Shown: piece by piece, positions 48,298 to 58,034 of the stretch | Numbering within the stretch: the first letter of the stretch is position 1 | How the letters are laid out: each line of letters begins with the position of its first letter | Source of the DNA: Chloroflexota bacterium | GTDB taxonomy: Bacteria > Chloroflexota > Dehalococcoidia > Lucifugimonadales > UBA3495 | NCBI GenBank assembly: GCA_002721995.1 | Contig: PBMF01000019.1 | Location: 6,102 to 70,101, forward strand | DNA: 64,000 bases | Reading direction: 5' to 3' | Notes under the pieces: generated by a model | What the model saw: only the letters and a program-made list of their open reading frames with translations | What the model was told of the DNA's origin: nothing | Databases searched by the model: none | Program-made: the position numbers and the translations under genes

Positions 48298-49455
48298 CTA
48301 GGCAGTCGTAGTTTCCGGCTCCCGCCAGATGCCGAGGAGCAGTTCTCGTTCCGCGATGAGGGATGCGGCGAGTCCCGCCAGAACTTTCCACAGGGTCGAA
48401 GTGATCCCAGCGAAGGAAAAGGGTGTCGCTGCCACGGCGAAGGCAACCATGGCCCCGAAGGCCAGGTTGCCGCTGAACGCCCTTTGGAAGGTGTCTTGCA
48501 GCGAGGCGAATATGGCCAGGCCGGCCAGGGCGATGGTCAGGGTGAGGGTGGCGGCTGTCAGGTTTGCCCAGTAACGTTTTTCCTTGGGGCCGGCGTCCGG
48601 TCCGGCCAGTATGGCCACCCCGGTGCGGGCCACGATGGCCGGGTGTCCGCCGAACAGGGAGTTGATAACTGAGGTGGCGCCGATGACAACCGAGATCCGG
48701 TTGACGGGAACCGTGTACCCCTGTCCGATGAGAAAACCCAACCCCTGCACATTGCCCAGGCCCAGAGCCAAGACCACCATGGGCAGGCTGATGGCAAAGA
48801 CCGCCGGCATGGAAAAGTCCATAGCCGGGAAATCCACAGTAGGCAGACCCCAGGTCATGGCTTCGGGAGTGGCCTGGCCGCCGATCAGGACACTGATCGC
48901 GCCGAAGAGCACGGCCAACCCCACGGGCGGCACTCTCGGATTTCCGATGAGGCGGCCCAGTAGATAGCCGGCCACGGCGGGGCCCTCCACCGTGAAATCG
49001 GCCACCGTTGCGTCCACCAGCCTGGTCACGTAGCCAAAGATACTGCCGGCGAACATGCCCATCACGATGGGAATGGGGAGCCACGGAATGATCCGTTCGC
49101 CCACCCCCATAACTCCCAAAACTAGGATCAGTACGCCGGCTACAAGATTGGCCCCGACCATCTCGGCGAAGGTGAACTCTCCGGCCAGGGTGCCGAGGTA
49201 GATCAGCCCCGGGATACTCCAGGTGATGGGCACGGGTATGCGGTAAACGAGGGTAAGGGCGACGGAAGCGACGGCGCCGCTGGTCCAGATGATGAAGATC
49301 CAACTGGAGGACTGGGCGGCGGTCAGGCCCAGTTGGCTGGCAACGGCTATGTGCAGGGGCACCGCTCCGAAGGCGTACCAGACAAACCCGGTGACCCCGG
49401 CCCAGAAGGCCGGAGCGTTGATATCGCCGTATATTCCGCGAAACTTGGCAAACAT
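48298..49455 (-). CDS. benE: BenE-family benzoate/H+ symporter-like transporter
   Basis: Polytopic membrane protein of about 385 aa. BenE-like N-terminus (INAPAFWAGVTGFVWYAFGAVPL..). Confidence 0.65.
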   Translation of the reverse strand: MFAKFRGIYGDINAPAFWAGVTGFVWYAFGAVPLHIAVASQLGLTAAQSSSWIFIIWTSGAVASVALTLVYRIPVPITWSIPGLIYLGTLAGEFTFAEMVGANLVAGVLILVLGVMGVGERIIPWLPIPIVMGMFAGSIFGYVTRLVDATVADFTVEGPAVAGYLLGRLIGNPRVPPVGLAVLFGAISVLIGGQATPEAMTWGLPTVDFPAMDFSMPAVFAISLPMVVLALGLGNVQGLGFLIGQGYTVPVNRISVVIGATSVINSLFGGHPAIVARTGVAILAGPDAGPKEKRYWANLTAATLTLTIALAGLAIFASLQDTFQRAFSGNLAFGAMVAFAVAATPFSFAGITSTLWKVLAGLAASLIAERELLLGIWREPETTTA

Positions 49456-49600
49456 CGGTGGCAGAGTAGTACACGAAATCGGTGGACTGAAACGTCTTGG
49501 CTACCATGTGGCCCTTGCTTCCCAGGGTTGCCGCCACTAGGATTATCGACGGCCACCTCCCAGCGGCCGGACACAATCCCAGGAGCCACCCACCACCAGT

Positions 49601-50881
49601 TTGCGCGCAGAACCATCCCAATCCCAGGAAACTCCGCCGGCGTCGGCGGCCCCGCCCCCACGACGCCGGGTCCGGACCTTCTCCTCACTCCAGAAGCACG
49701 TCAATTACCGGTACCTGTGGACCGGCAACCTCTTCGCCAACTGCGCCCAGTGGCTCCAGTTCATCACCATCGGCTGGCTGGCCCTGGACATCAGCGGCTC
49801 GGTCCTCCATTCCATCCTGACCGTGGCGGTGCGGGCGCTTCCCGTGCTGCTCCTGGGACCGTGGGGCGGTGTTCTGGCCGACCGTTTGGACCGCCGCAAG
49901 CTGGTCATGTCCGGCCAATTGGTGATGCTTACCACAGCTTTGGTCTTTGGTTTCATGGTGGCCGATGGACAGGTGGACACCATCTGGCACGTCTACGGAT
50001 ACATGCTGGTCTCGGGCACGGCCTTCGCCTTCGTCCAGCCCACCCGCCAGGCCCTGGTCGCCAACACCGTCCCCAAGGAAGACCTGGGCAACGCGCTGGC
50101 CCTGAACGCCATGGCCGTCACATCCATGCGGCTCACCGGCGCGGCCATCAGCGGCGTGCTCATCGAGACCTTGGACTTCCAGTGGAACTTCTTCGTGGAG
50201 TCGGGCCTCTACGGCGGCATGATTCTGCTGCTGGTGCCCATGAGGACGCCCCACCGGGAGGAATCGGAGCGCCGCCGGTCTTCACCCATGGCCGACTTGA
50301 AAGAGGGTCTGCGCTACATCGTGGGCCGCAGCGACATGCTGCGTCTGATGCTGATGAACTTCGTCCGCACCGGGATCTTCATGCCCCTGCTGCTGTTCCT
50401 GCCGGCCTACACCGAGGAGGCCCTGGGCCGTGGGGCCGGAGTCAGCACGGCCATGATCGTGACCATGGGAGCGGGCGGCCTGACGGCGACGGTGATGATC
50501 TCGTCCTTCGGGTTCTTCACCAAGAAGGGGTTGGTGACACTGATAACGCTGATCTCCGGGTCGTCGGTGGTCCTGACACTGGGGCTGTCCCAGTGGGTTT
50601 GGCTGTCGGTGCCCATAATGCTGCTTATGGGGCTGTCCCAAACACACTTCATCGTGGCCAACCAGACCCTGATACAGACCCTCGTGCCGGACAATCTGCG
50701 GGGCCGCGTCACCAGCGTCTGGCACTACGAACAGGGGCTGATTCCCCTGTTCGCCGCCCTCACCGGTGGGGTGGGAGTGGTAGTGGGCATCGACACCGCC
50801 ATGGCCATCGGCGGCGCCATCGCAGTGGCCGTTTGCCTGATGTTCTTGGTCCGCTTCTCCGACATCCGCGGCCTGGACTAG
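49601..50881 (+). CDS. MFS transporter (EntS/MFS_3-like)
   Basis: YRYLWTGNLFANCAQWLQFITIGWLAL start; 12 predicted TM helices; TTG start. Confidence 0.78.
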   Translation: MRAEPSQSQETPPASAAPPPRRRVRTFSSLQKHVNYRYLWTGNLFANCAQWLQFITIGWLALDISGSVLHSILTVAVRALPVLLLGPWGGVLADRLDRRKLVMSGQLVMLTTALVFGFMVADGQVDTIWHVYGYMLVSGTAFAFVQPTRQALVANTVPKEDLGNALALNAMAVTSMRLTGAAISGVLIETLDFQWNFFVESGLYGGMILLLVPMRTPHREESERRRSSPMADLKEGLRYIVGRSDMLRLMLMNFVRTGIFMPLLLFLPAYTEEALGRGAGVSTAMIVTMGAGGLTATVMISSFGFFTKKGLVTLITLISGSSVVLTLGLSQWVWLSVPIMLLMGLSQTHFIVANQTLIQTLVPDNLRGRVTSVWHYEQGLIPLFAALTGGVGVVVGIDTAMAIGGAIAVAVCLMFLVRFSDIRGLD

Positions 50882-50885
50882 CGAC

Positions 50886-51245
50886 CTACTCGACCGGCGT
50901 CGTCGACCAGTTGATACTCGCGTAGGTCCAAGAGATCTTGAAGGGCTCATCGCCGTGGTTGGCGATGCTGTGGTGGGCGTTCGGCGGTATGAAGGCCGCG
51001 TCGTTGGGCCGCACGATGTGTTCTTCGCCGTCGATGACCATCAGACCCTCGCCCTCGATGACGATCACCGATTCCTCGGCGTCGTGGTAGTGCAAGGGCG
51101 CCTTGGCCCCGGCGGCGAACTCGGCCACCCCGCTGGATATCTCTGTGGCCCCGGTTTCGCCGTCCACCAGGCTGGACAGTAGCACGCCGGGCCGGCGCTC
51201 CTCATGTTCCACGCTGTTGAAGGGGACGAATTTGGCTTTGGGCAT
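50886..51245 (-). CDS. cupin-domain protein
   Basis: Single cupin barrel (APLHYHDAEESVIVIEGEG...IPPNAHHS). SD GAGGAG. Confidence 0.8.
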   Translation of the reverse strand: MPKAKFVPFNSVEHEERRPGVLLSSLVDGETGATEISSGVAEFAAGAKAPLHYHDAEESVIVIEGEGLMVIDGEEHIVRPNDAAFIPPNAHHSIANHGDEPFKISWTYASINWSTTPVE

Positions 51246-51263
51246 GGTGACTCCTCGGTCCTG

Positions 51264-51932
51264 TTAAGGCGTGCTCAGGTCCCAACCGGGCAGCGACATG
51301 TAGCCCTCGATGGGGACCACTGACTCGGTCGAAAGGCCCTGGGCCAGCTTGATTCTCTGGATGTTGTAGAGGTGGGTTATGTGCTCGAAGTACCGGTGCC
51401 GGAAGATGGTCTCCAGGGTGAACCAGATTCTGGTCGGGACTTCGGTGTCGCGCCGCAGACCGGGATGTATGTTGTAGTACCAGGGCCATTCGCCGTCGTC
51501 GGCGAACTCGAACTCCTTGCCGCGCATCGACCCGACGGTCTCGTTGGCCAGGATTGTCTGTCCCAGGGCCAGACCCTGATGCAGTTTTTCCAGGATGACA
51601 CCGATATCCCAGTAGATGTCCTCGTCCAACCTGCGGTCGTACTTGGACCGGGTCAGGGCCCATGTCTCCTCGGGGCTGGGCAGGCCTGATGGGAGGCCGT
51701 TTGGGTACATGGCCGCTCCCCAGCGCTGCCAGAACCACCGAAAATTCCCCGAGGCCATGTGGCTCAACTGGCGGCGGATGCTCCAGCCGCTCCAACCCCA
51801 TTTGTCCGACTCAAAGTCCAACTGTTGCTCGGTGAGACCGGTAACCTCGGCGGCGGCCGTCCGGTACATGTCAGACTCGAAGTGGGGAAAGAGCAGCACC
51901 GCCGGAGAGTCATTGCTCAGTTCTTCTGGCAT
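51264..51932 (-). CDS. DinB-like four-helix-bundle protein
   Basis: WSIRRQLSHMA motif, typical of DinB_2-type proteins; 222 aa. Confidence 0.5.
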   Translation of the reverse strand: MPEELSNDSPAVLLFPHFESDMYRTAAAEVTGLTEQQLDFESDKWGWSGWSIRRQLSHMASGNFRWFWQRWGAAMYPNGLPSGLPSPEETWALTRSKYDRRLDEDIYWDIGVILEKLHQGLALGQTILANETVGSMRGKEFEFADDGEWPWYYNIHPGLRRDTEVPTRIWFTLETIFRHRYFEHITHLYNIQRIKLAQGLSTESVVPIEGYMSLPGWDLSTP

Positions 51933-51943
51933 GGTGAATCCCC

Positions 51944-52744
51944 TTAGATCCCCTGCCAGTAGCGGCGCTCTTCCCCGCGGACGAACCGGCCGAAACCGGG
52001 GTCGGGGAAGTGGCCAGCGGACACCAGGGTGCCCTCTGCCTCAAGCAGGTCCATGACCGCGTGGCGGGTGACGCGCGCCGTGTCGGGGTCGATATCGAAC
52101 TCGGGGCACCAGTCTGTGTAATGGGCCTGGATGGGACTGTGGGCCACGTCGCCCAGGATGAAGGCGTGTTTGCCCTTGGAAGTGACGCGGATGGAGTTGT
52201 GGCCGGGGGTGTGGCCCGGCGTGGGATAGGATTGCAGCTCCGGGGTTATCTGGTACTCGCCGTCCATTAGGTCCATAACGCCGTCTTCCTTGAGGGGCAG
52301 GACCTGGGGCACCACGTACTCCACGGTGTTGATCACGTCGGGTTGGGTCCAGTAGTCCCAGTCCTTCTGGGGCACCAGGAAGCGGGCGTTGGGGAAGTTG
52401 GGCTTGCCGTCGGTGTAGTTCCAGCCCACGTGGTCGGGATGGACGTGGGTGAAGACCACCAGGTCCACGGCCTCCCGGTCGATGCCCTTGGCCTTCATGT
52501 CCTCCAGCAGGTAGCAACCCTCGCCCTGCATGCCGGTGTCCACGATGATCAACTTGCCCGAGGAACGGACCGCCAGGGAACCCCAACGGTGCTTGCCGTT
52601 CTCGTGGTCGGCCATCAGCTCCGGGTATTCCTGCCACTGTTCCATTGTGGTGTGGGGGAAGGCCACGAAGGGTGAGCGAAGGGGCAGATTGTCGTTCAGG
52701 GAAATCAGCTCAACGTCGCCGACTTGTACGATGTGGTTGGGCAT
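51944..52744 (-). CDS. MBL-fold metallo-hydrolase
   Basis: FTHVHPDHVGW (HxHxDH) and TPGHTPGH motifs. ATG at 52744 with SD GGAG; the ORF extends to 52831. Confidence 0.85.
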   Translation of the reverse strand: MPNHIVQVGDVELISLNDNLPLRSPFVAFPHTTMEQWQEYPELMADHENGKHRWGSLAVRSSGKLIIVDTGMQGEGCYLLEDMKAKGIDREAVDLVVFTHVHPDHVGWNYTDGKPNFPNARFLVPQKDWDYWTQPDVINTVEYVVPQVLPLKEDGVMDLMDGEYQITPELQSYPTPGHTPGHNSIRVTSKGKHAFILGDVAHSPIQAHYTDWCPEFDIDPDTARVTRHAVMDLLEAEGTLVSAGHFPDPGFGRFVRGEERRYWQGI

Positions 52745-52784
52745 TGCAAACTCCAAATAATCTGGTCTGGCGCTCCCTCGAAGG

Positions 52785-53447
52785 TTAGAGCTCAAATGTC
52801 TTTTTGTAGATGCTGGGCGAGCCGTAGCCATGGGTGATCAAGGCCATCATGTCCGCGTTCCTGGGGTCGGCAGTTATCTGGGCCTCCCATTCCGGTGAAC
52901 GCGAGGCGAGTTCATTCTCCATCTCATAGACCACCGAATACATGGGGTCTTCCCCACGGACCGTCTTGTACCGTCTGCCCCGGATTATCCCGGGGACCTT
53001 CTCAAAATTCGGGACGAATACGGAGTCGTACCATTCGTTCCATTCCGTAGCCCTTTCGGCGGGGATGTTCATGCGCCCCACGTGGAGGGCGGGGGCCATT
53101 CCGCTGTTCGCCACCTCGTCGGTAAGGGAATAGGGAAAGATCATTTCATAGAGCGGATTGAAGAAATTCTCACCGATGAGGGTTGGCCCCATGGTCTCGC
53201 TCCACTTGGATTTGGTGCGCTTGGTAAAGCCGTCGCCCAGCACTGCGGCGGGGCTTTCCAACTCGTAGCAGGCCAGGTGCTTGGGGCCGCTGTGCACGGC
53301 CTCGTAACGGGCGGCGTCCAGGACGCCCGGGACGTTCAGGATCTCCTCGATGTGCTCGGTGTTGTACCATTCGTTGAACTCTTCTTCCCGGTCCGCTGGC
53401 ACGTCGCACCAGACCATGAGCAACCCAGTCCCTTTCTTGGCGGCCAT
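52785..53447 (-). CDS. tandem dimeric alpha/beta-barrel (EthD/DUF4286-like) protein
   Basis: Two repeats of E-(E/W)-(F/N)-(N/E)-WY...(V/I)PG(V/I)...RY (EEEFNEWYNTEHI..VPGVLDAARY and ATEWNEWYDSVFV..VPGIIRGRRY). Confidence 0.5.
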   Translation of the reverse strand: MAAKKGTGLLMVWCDVPADREEEFNEWYNTEHIEEILNVPGVLDAARYEAVHSGPKHLACYELESPAAVLGDGFTKRTKSKWSETMGPTLIGENFFNPLYEMIFPYSLTDEVANSGMAPALHVGRMNIPAERATEWNEWYDSVFVPNFEKVPGIIRGRRYKTVRGEDPMYSVVYEMENELASRSPEWEAQITADPRNADMMALITHGYGSPSIYKKTFEL

Positions 53448-53637
53448 ATATTTCTCCCTATAAGCGGCGGTGTTCTGTTACGGTGATGCAGCGAACACTA
53501 TAGCTCAGGTTTGGGCCGCCGGAAATACGGCCTGCAGATTGAAATAAAGATAGGGCCCGCCTGCCACGTTAGGCCCTTGGACTCAGGAAAAGCCAATCTC
53601 AACTCCAACCAACACAACCCCAAAGGCCAACCGTAGG

Positions 53638-54885
53638 TTGTTCTACGGATGGGCCATCGTCGCCGCGTCGGGGCTGGTGGTCTTCAGCAGCGGGCCCGGC
53701 CAGTCCTACGTCTTCTCCATCTTCATTGACTCCATCATCGCCGACACCGGCCTGTCCCGCCCTGGCATCTCCGCCCTATACATGGCCAGCACCGGGGTCA
53801 GCGCCGTCCTGGTGGCCATAGTCAGCCGGCTGGCCGACCGTTACGGGCCTAGAGCCATGCTGGTGGCCATCGGACTGGGCTTCGGCGGCGGCTGTTTCGG
53901 CATGGCCACCGCCACCAACATCGTGCTCTTCTACATCGCCTTCGCCAGTCTCAGGGCCCTGGGCCAGGGGTCTTTGACCATCAACGCGGTGCTGTTGGTG
54001 AACCAGTGGTTCGTTTCGAGAAGGGGCAAGGCCATAGCGATGATGGGGCTGGGGGCCGTGCTGTCCAACGGCGCCTTCCCGCCGGTGGCCAGGGCCTTGA
54101 TCGACGGCATCGGTTGGCGGGAGGCCTACGGGGTCATCGGAGTGGCGTCCATCCTGCTGATCGTGCCGGTGACATTGTTGGTGGTGAGAAACAGGCCCGA
54201 GGATGTGGGACTGTTCCCCGACGGCGCCGACGAGCCGCCGGCCACGGAGGTCCGCCGGGCCAGGGCCGGAGCGCCCAGGGAGGTCAGGGTATTCAGCTCA
54301 ATGAGCTTCTGGCTTCTAGCCCTGTCATTGGGGACGCCGGGACTGGTGTCTACGGCCCTGGTGTTTCACCAAACGTCCATCTTCGAGGAGAGCGGTCTCA
54401 GCGCCACACTGGCGGCTGGGGTGTTCATCGTCTTCGCCGCGTCGTCTGCGGTGAGTTCGCTGGTGGCAGGGTTCGCCGTGGACCGCACCGGTCCCAAGCA
54501 GCTCTATGCCTTCACCATGGCCACTCTGCTGGTGTCCCTGGTGCTGGCGGTGGCCATAAACTCGGTGTTCATGGCCGTGGCCTACGTGCTGGTGATGGGC
54601 GTGGCCGGCGGCTGCCACCACATAGTCCAGGGGGTGATCTGGGCGCACTACTACGGCCGGCACGGGTTGGGCCGGGTGCAGGGTTCGGCCATGACCATCA
54701 ACTTCTGCGCCTCGGCCATCGGCCCGCTGCCCCTGGCGTTGTTCCGCGACCTGAGCGGCACCTACACCCTGGGCATGGTGGTCATGATGGCCCTGCCGGT
54801 GCTGTCTGTGGTTGCCCTGGTCTTGGCCCGGCCCGGCGACGCCGAAGTGGTGGACGCCACACCGGTGACGGCCCCGGAAGACTAG
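53638..54885 (+). CDS. MFS transporter
   Basis: 12-TM profile; LADRYGPR loop motif; TTG start. Confidence 0.78.
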   Translation: MFYGWAIVAASGLVVFSSGPGQSYVFSIFIDSIIADTGLSRPGISALYMASTGVSAVLVAIVSRLADRYGPRAMLVAIGLGFGGGCFGMATATNIVLFYIAFASLRALGQGSLTINAVLLVNQWFVSRRGKAIAMMGLGAVLSNGAFPPVARALIDGIGWREAYGVIGVASILLIVPVTLLVVRNRPEDVGLFPDGADEPPATEVRRARAGAPREVRVFSSMSFWLLALSLGTPGLVSTALVFHQTSIFEESGLSATLAAGVFIVFAASSAVSSLVAGFAVDRTGPKQLYAFTMATLLVSLVLAVAINSVFMAVAYVLVMGVAGGCHHIVQGVIWAHYYGRHGLGRVQGSAMTINFCASAIGPLPLALFRDLSGTYTLGMVVMMALPVLSVVALVLARPGDAEVVDATPVTAPED

Positions 54886-54922
54886 GCCTTCCGGGGCCAT
54901 TCCTCGGGGAGCTATCCACTCC

Positions 54923-56548
54923 CTATTTCATGTACGGGCGCTGCCACAACAGGGCGGGGTTCAGGGCCTCTTTGATGGTCCGGGGGCTCATCCACCTGGT
55001 CAGGTTCAGCCAATGCCCTGACTTGTCATTGGTGCCCGAGCGCCGGCCGCCGCCGAAGGGCTGGCGGTTTACGATGGAACCGCTGGGCTTGTCGTTGATG
55101 TAGAAGTTGCCGGCGGCGAACCTGAGCACATCCTCGGCCATCTTTATGGCCTCATCGTCGCGAGCGAAGATGGAACCGGTAAGCCCGTAGGCCGTGGTCT
55201 CATTGCACAGGTGGAGCATCCCTTCGTAGGCCTCGCCCGGATAGACCAGTATCGTCAGCACCGGACCGAAGATCTCCTCGGTAATCAGCTTGCCCTTGGG
55301 GCTGGTGGTCACCACCAGCGTGAGCTCCACGAACCAGCCGTCGGTATCGTCGCACCGGCCGCCGTAGATGACTTCGTACTCGTTGGCGTGGTTCTTGGCG
55401 AACTGGATGTAGGACTTCACCTTGTCGAAGGCCGCCTGGTTGATGATGGCTCCCATGGCCACGTTCAGGTCGTCCACCGGCCCGTAACGCACGTTGGGAA
55501 TCTCATCCAACAGCAGGCTCCTGATGTCGTCCCACAGGCTCTCCGGCACGTACATCCGCGATGCCGCGGAGCACTTCTGGCCCTGGTACTCGAACGCGCC
55601 ACGGATGGCGTTGGCAGCCACAGCCAGTGGGTCGGCGGAGCGGTGGACCATCATGAAGTCCTTGCCGCCGGCCTCGCCCACCACCCTGGGGAAGCTCCGG
55701 TATTTGCCCAGGTTTGCGGAGATGCGCTGCCAGAGATGGAGCAGGGTCTCGGAGCTGCCGGTGAAGTGGAGTCCGGCCAGCGACCTGTGGTTGAACAGGG
55801 TCTTGGACTGGGACGATTCAAAGGGCATGAAATTGATCACGCCGTCGGGCAGGCCGGCCTGCTGGAGAATCTGCATGATACGGTAGTTGCTGAGCAGCAC
55901 CGACCGCGAGGGCTTCCAGATAACGACGTTCCCCACCATTGCCGGGGCCGATGGCAGGTTGCCGGCGATGGCAACGAAGTTGAAGGGCGTCACGGCGGCG
56001 ACGAACCCCTCCAAGGGACGCCAGTCAAAGCGGTTGTGCTCTTCCACCCCCTGACCGGGCTGCTGCTCGTGGAGGAGCTCCGCGTAGTAGGCGTTGAACC
56101 GCCAGAAATCGACCAACTCTATCAGGTCGATCTCCGCTTCGTAGGGAGTCTTGGACAGGTCCATCATGATGGCGGCGATCATCTCGATGCGCTTTGGTCC
56201 GGCCAGTATGTCGGCCGCCTCTCGGAAGATGTCCGCCCGTTCCCGTCCGTCCATGGCCGACCATTTGACGTGGGCCCGCCGGGATAGTTCGATCGCCTGC
56301 AGCAACTCGACCTCTCCGGCCAGGTGGGCCTTGGCCAGGGCGCGGCGGTAATCGTGGGGTGGACGCACCTCGGTAGTCCTGCCGGTGCGAACCGGGGTAC
56401 CGCCGATTATCAGCGGGATCTCCACATACTCGCCCTTGATGGATTCCAGGGCGGCGATCAGTTGTTCACGCTCCGGCGTGCCCGGACCATAGGTGAGCAG
56501 CTGGTCCATCTCGTTTCTGGGCATCTCAGCCATCAATAATTCGGCCAT
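54923..56548 (-). CDS. pruA: L-glutamate gamma-semialdehyde (1-pyrroline-5-carboxylate) dehydrogenase
   Basis: ALDH superfamily with catalytic EYQGQKCSA and the P5CDH-type N-terminus TYGPGTPERE. ATG at 56548 with SD GGAGGTG. Confidence 0.82.
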   Translation of the reverse strand: MAELLMAEMPRNEMDQLLTYGPGTPEREQLIAALESIKGEYVEIPLIIGGTPVRTGRTTEVRPPHDYRRALAKAHLAGEVELLQAIELSRRAHVKWSAMDGRERADIFREAADILAGPKRIEMIAAIMMDLSKTPYEAEIDLIELVDFWRFNAYYAELLHEQQPGQGVEEHNRFDWRPLEGFVAAVTPFNFVAIAGNLPSAPAMVGNVVIWKPSRSVLLSNYRIMQILQQAGLPDGVINFMPFESSQSKTLFNHRSLAGLHFTGSSETLLHLWQRISANLGKYRSFPRVVGEAGGKDFMMVHRSADPLAVAANAIRGAFEYQGQKCSAASRMYVPESLWDDIRSLLLDEIPNVRYGPVDDLNVAMGAIINQAAFDKVKSYIQFAKNHANEYEVIYGGRCDDTDGWFVELTLVVTTSPKGKLITEEIFGPVLTILVYPGEAYEGMLHLCNETTAYGLTGSIFARDDEAIKMAEDVLRFAAGNFYINDKPSGSIVNRQPFGGGRRSGTNDKSGHWLNLTRWMSPRTIKEALNPALLWQRPYMK

Positions 56549-56654
56549 GGGGTTCACCTCCATTTCCACCTGGCGCGCATTGCCGGACGGCGCAGACAGG
56601 GGCATCCACCGAAAGAGCGTCGCCTTTTGATCAGTTGTAGACAGTTACCGTTTT

Positions 56655-57710
56655 TCAGCCCTCGTAGGCGTAGGCGTAACTGGGGCTGGTCACTCGACCT
56701 CCTTCAACGATGATGTAGTCGCGGTCGATGGGTTCGCCCGCGAAGAAACTGGTCAGGCACTCCCGGATGCCGTTGGAATAGCGTTTCTGGGCTTCCAGGG
56801 ACGTGCCTGAGACGTGGGGCGTCATGGCGTGGTTGGGCATGTTCCGCCAGGGGTGGTCGGCGGGAGCGGGCTGGGGGTACCAAACGTCCCCGGCATAGCC
56901 CGCCAGATGACCGGACTCCATGACCTCCACCAGGGCGTCGGTGTCCACGATACGGCCCCGGGCCGTGTTCACCAGGTAGGCGCCCTTCTTCATGCTGTAG
57001 AGCAGTTCCCGGTTAAAGAGGCCCTGGGTGGCCGGAGTGAGGGGTATGTTGATGCTGACCACGTCGCTCTCGCGCACCAGGGGCAGGAGCTGGGAATAGC
57101 GGGCACCCAGGGTCTGCTCCTCGGTGGTGCTGAGGCGGCGGTAGCCAAAGTAGGAAGTTCGGACGTCGAAGGGCTTGAGACGGGCCGCCACCCGCTGTCC
57201 GATGCGGCCCATGCCGCAGATGCCCACCGACTTGTCCTCCAGGTCGTGGGAGCGGGCGGCCACCTTGCCGATGTCCCAGCCGCCTTCGGTGACCTCGAAA
57301 TACGAGGGGAAATAGTTGCGGACCATGGTGAGTATCTGCATCACCACGTGCTCGGCGACGCTGACCACGTTGCTGCCGGTGATCTCGGCTACGGTGATGT
57401 TGCGTTCGGCGGCGGCGGCCAGGTCGAAGTGGTCGGAGCCGACGCCGGCGGTGAGGAGAAGTTTGAGATTGGGGGCCATATCCACCCGCTCACGGGTGAT
57501 ATAGGCGGGCCAGAAGGGAGTGGCGATGAGAACGTCGGCCGTGGGCAGGTGGGATTCAAGCCCGGCGTCGGTGTCCGAGATTGCCACCAGTTCGTGTCCC
57601 TCGGACTCCAACCACTGGCGCAGCCCAAGGGCATTTTCCGCGCAACCCAGCAGTTCGGGGGTTGCCGCAGCGGCGGCCCCTCCCGGATAAAGCACGGCTA
57701 CGATTTTCAT
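56655..57710 (-). CDS. fdh: NAD-dependent formate dehydrogenase
   Basis: TPFWPAYIT, GSNVVSVAEHVVM, GMGRIG and DVWYPQPAP..HPWR..MTPHVSGTSL motifs. No in-frame TGA. Confidence 0.85.
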   Translation of the reverse strand: MKIVAVLYPGGAAAAATPELLGCAENALGLRQWLESEGHELVAISDTDAGLESHLPTADVLIATPFWPAYITRERVDMAPNLKLLLTAGVGSDHFDLAAAAERNITVAEITGSNVVSVAEHVVMQILTMVRNYFPSYFEVTEGGWDIGKVAARSHDLEDKSVGICGMGRIGQRVAARLKPFDVRTSYFGYRRLSTTEEQTLGARYSQLLPLVRESDVVSINIPLTPATQGLFNRELLYSMKKGAYLVNTARGRIVDTDALVEVMESGHLAGYAGDVWYPQPAPADHPWRNMPNHAMTPHVSGTSLEAQKRYSNGIRECLTSFFAGEPIDRDYIIVEGGRVTSPSYAYAYEG

Positions 57711-57986
57711 GGCGTCCTCCTGTTCGATATTATTCCGTTGGAATCTATCGGTGGCGAAGGTGTCGCCCGGCGCGGGGCCTGATAGCTGCCAGGGGGGCGG
57801 TCGCAGACCGCTTTGGGAGTACCGCCTGGATTATTAAAGGACGGGCTAGGAGTGGCCGTCCGGCTGTTTAGGAGTCCAAAGACCACCCAGCCTACTATCT
57901 ATCTTAACCGTTGGGGTCTTGGTTCATCCACTGGCAGATGCCCAACCACGCCTATCGCCCACGATAATTGCCGCCCCTTGTGCCGT

Positions 57987-57996
57987 TGTGTAGAAT
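57987..57996 (+). promoter_or_regulatory. candidate -10 element (TGTGTAGAAT)
   Basis: Lies 39 nt upstream of the ATG at 58035. SD CAGGAGA at 58021-58027. Confidence 0.4.
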
Positions 57997-58034
57997 GCGC
58001 CCACGATTCTGCTCATCGGACAGGAGATTTGGCA

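Noticed and set aside
56655-57710. The formate dehydrogenase as a second selenoprotein.
   Set aside because: It is the NAD-dependent, metal-free FDH type with a single uninterrupted frame. It has no in-frame TGA and no Mo-bisPGD domain.
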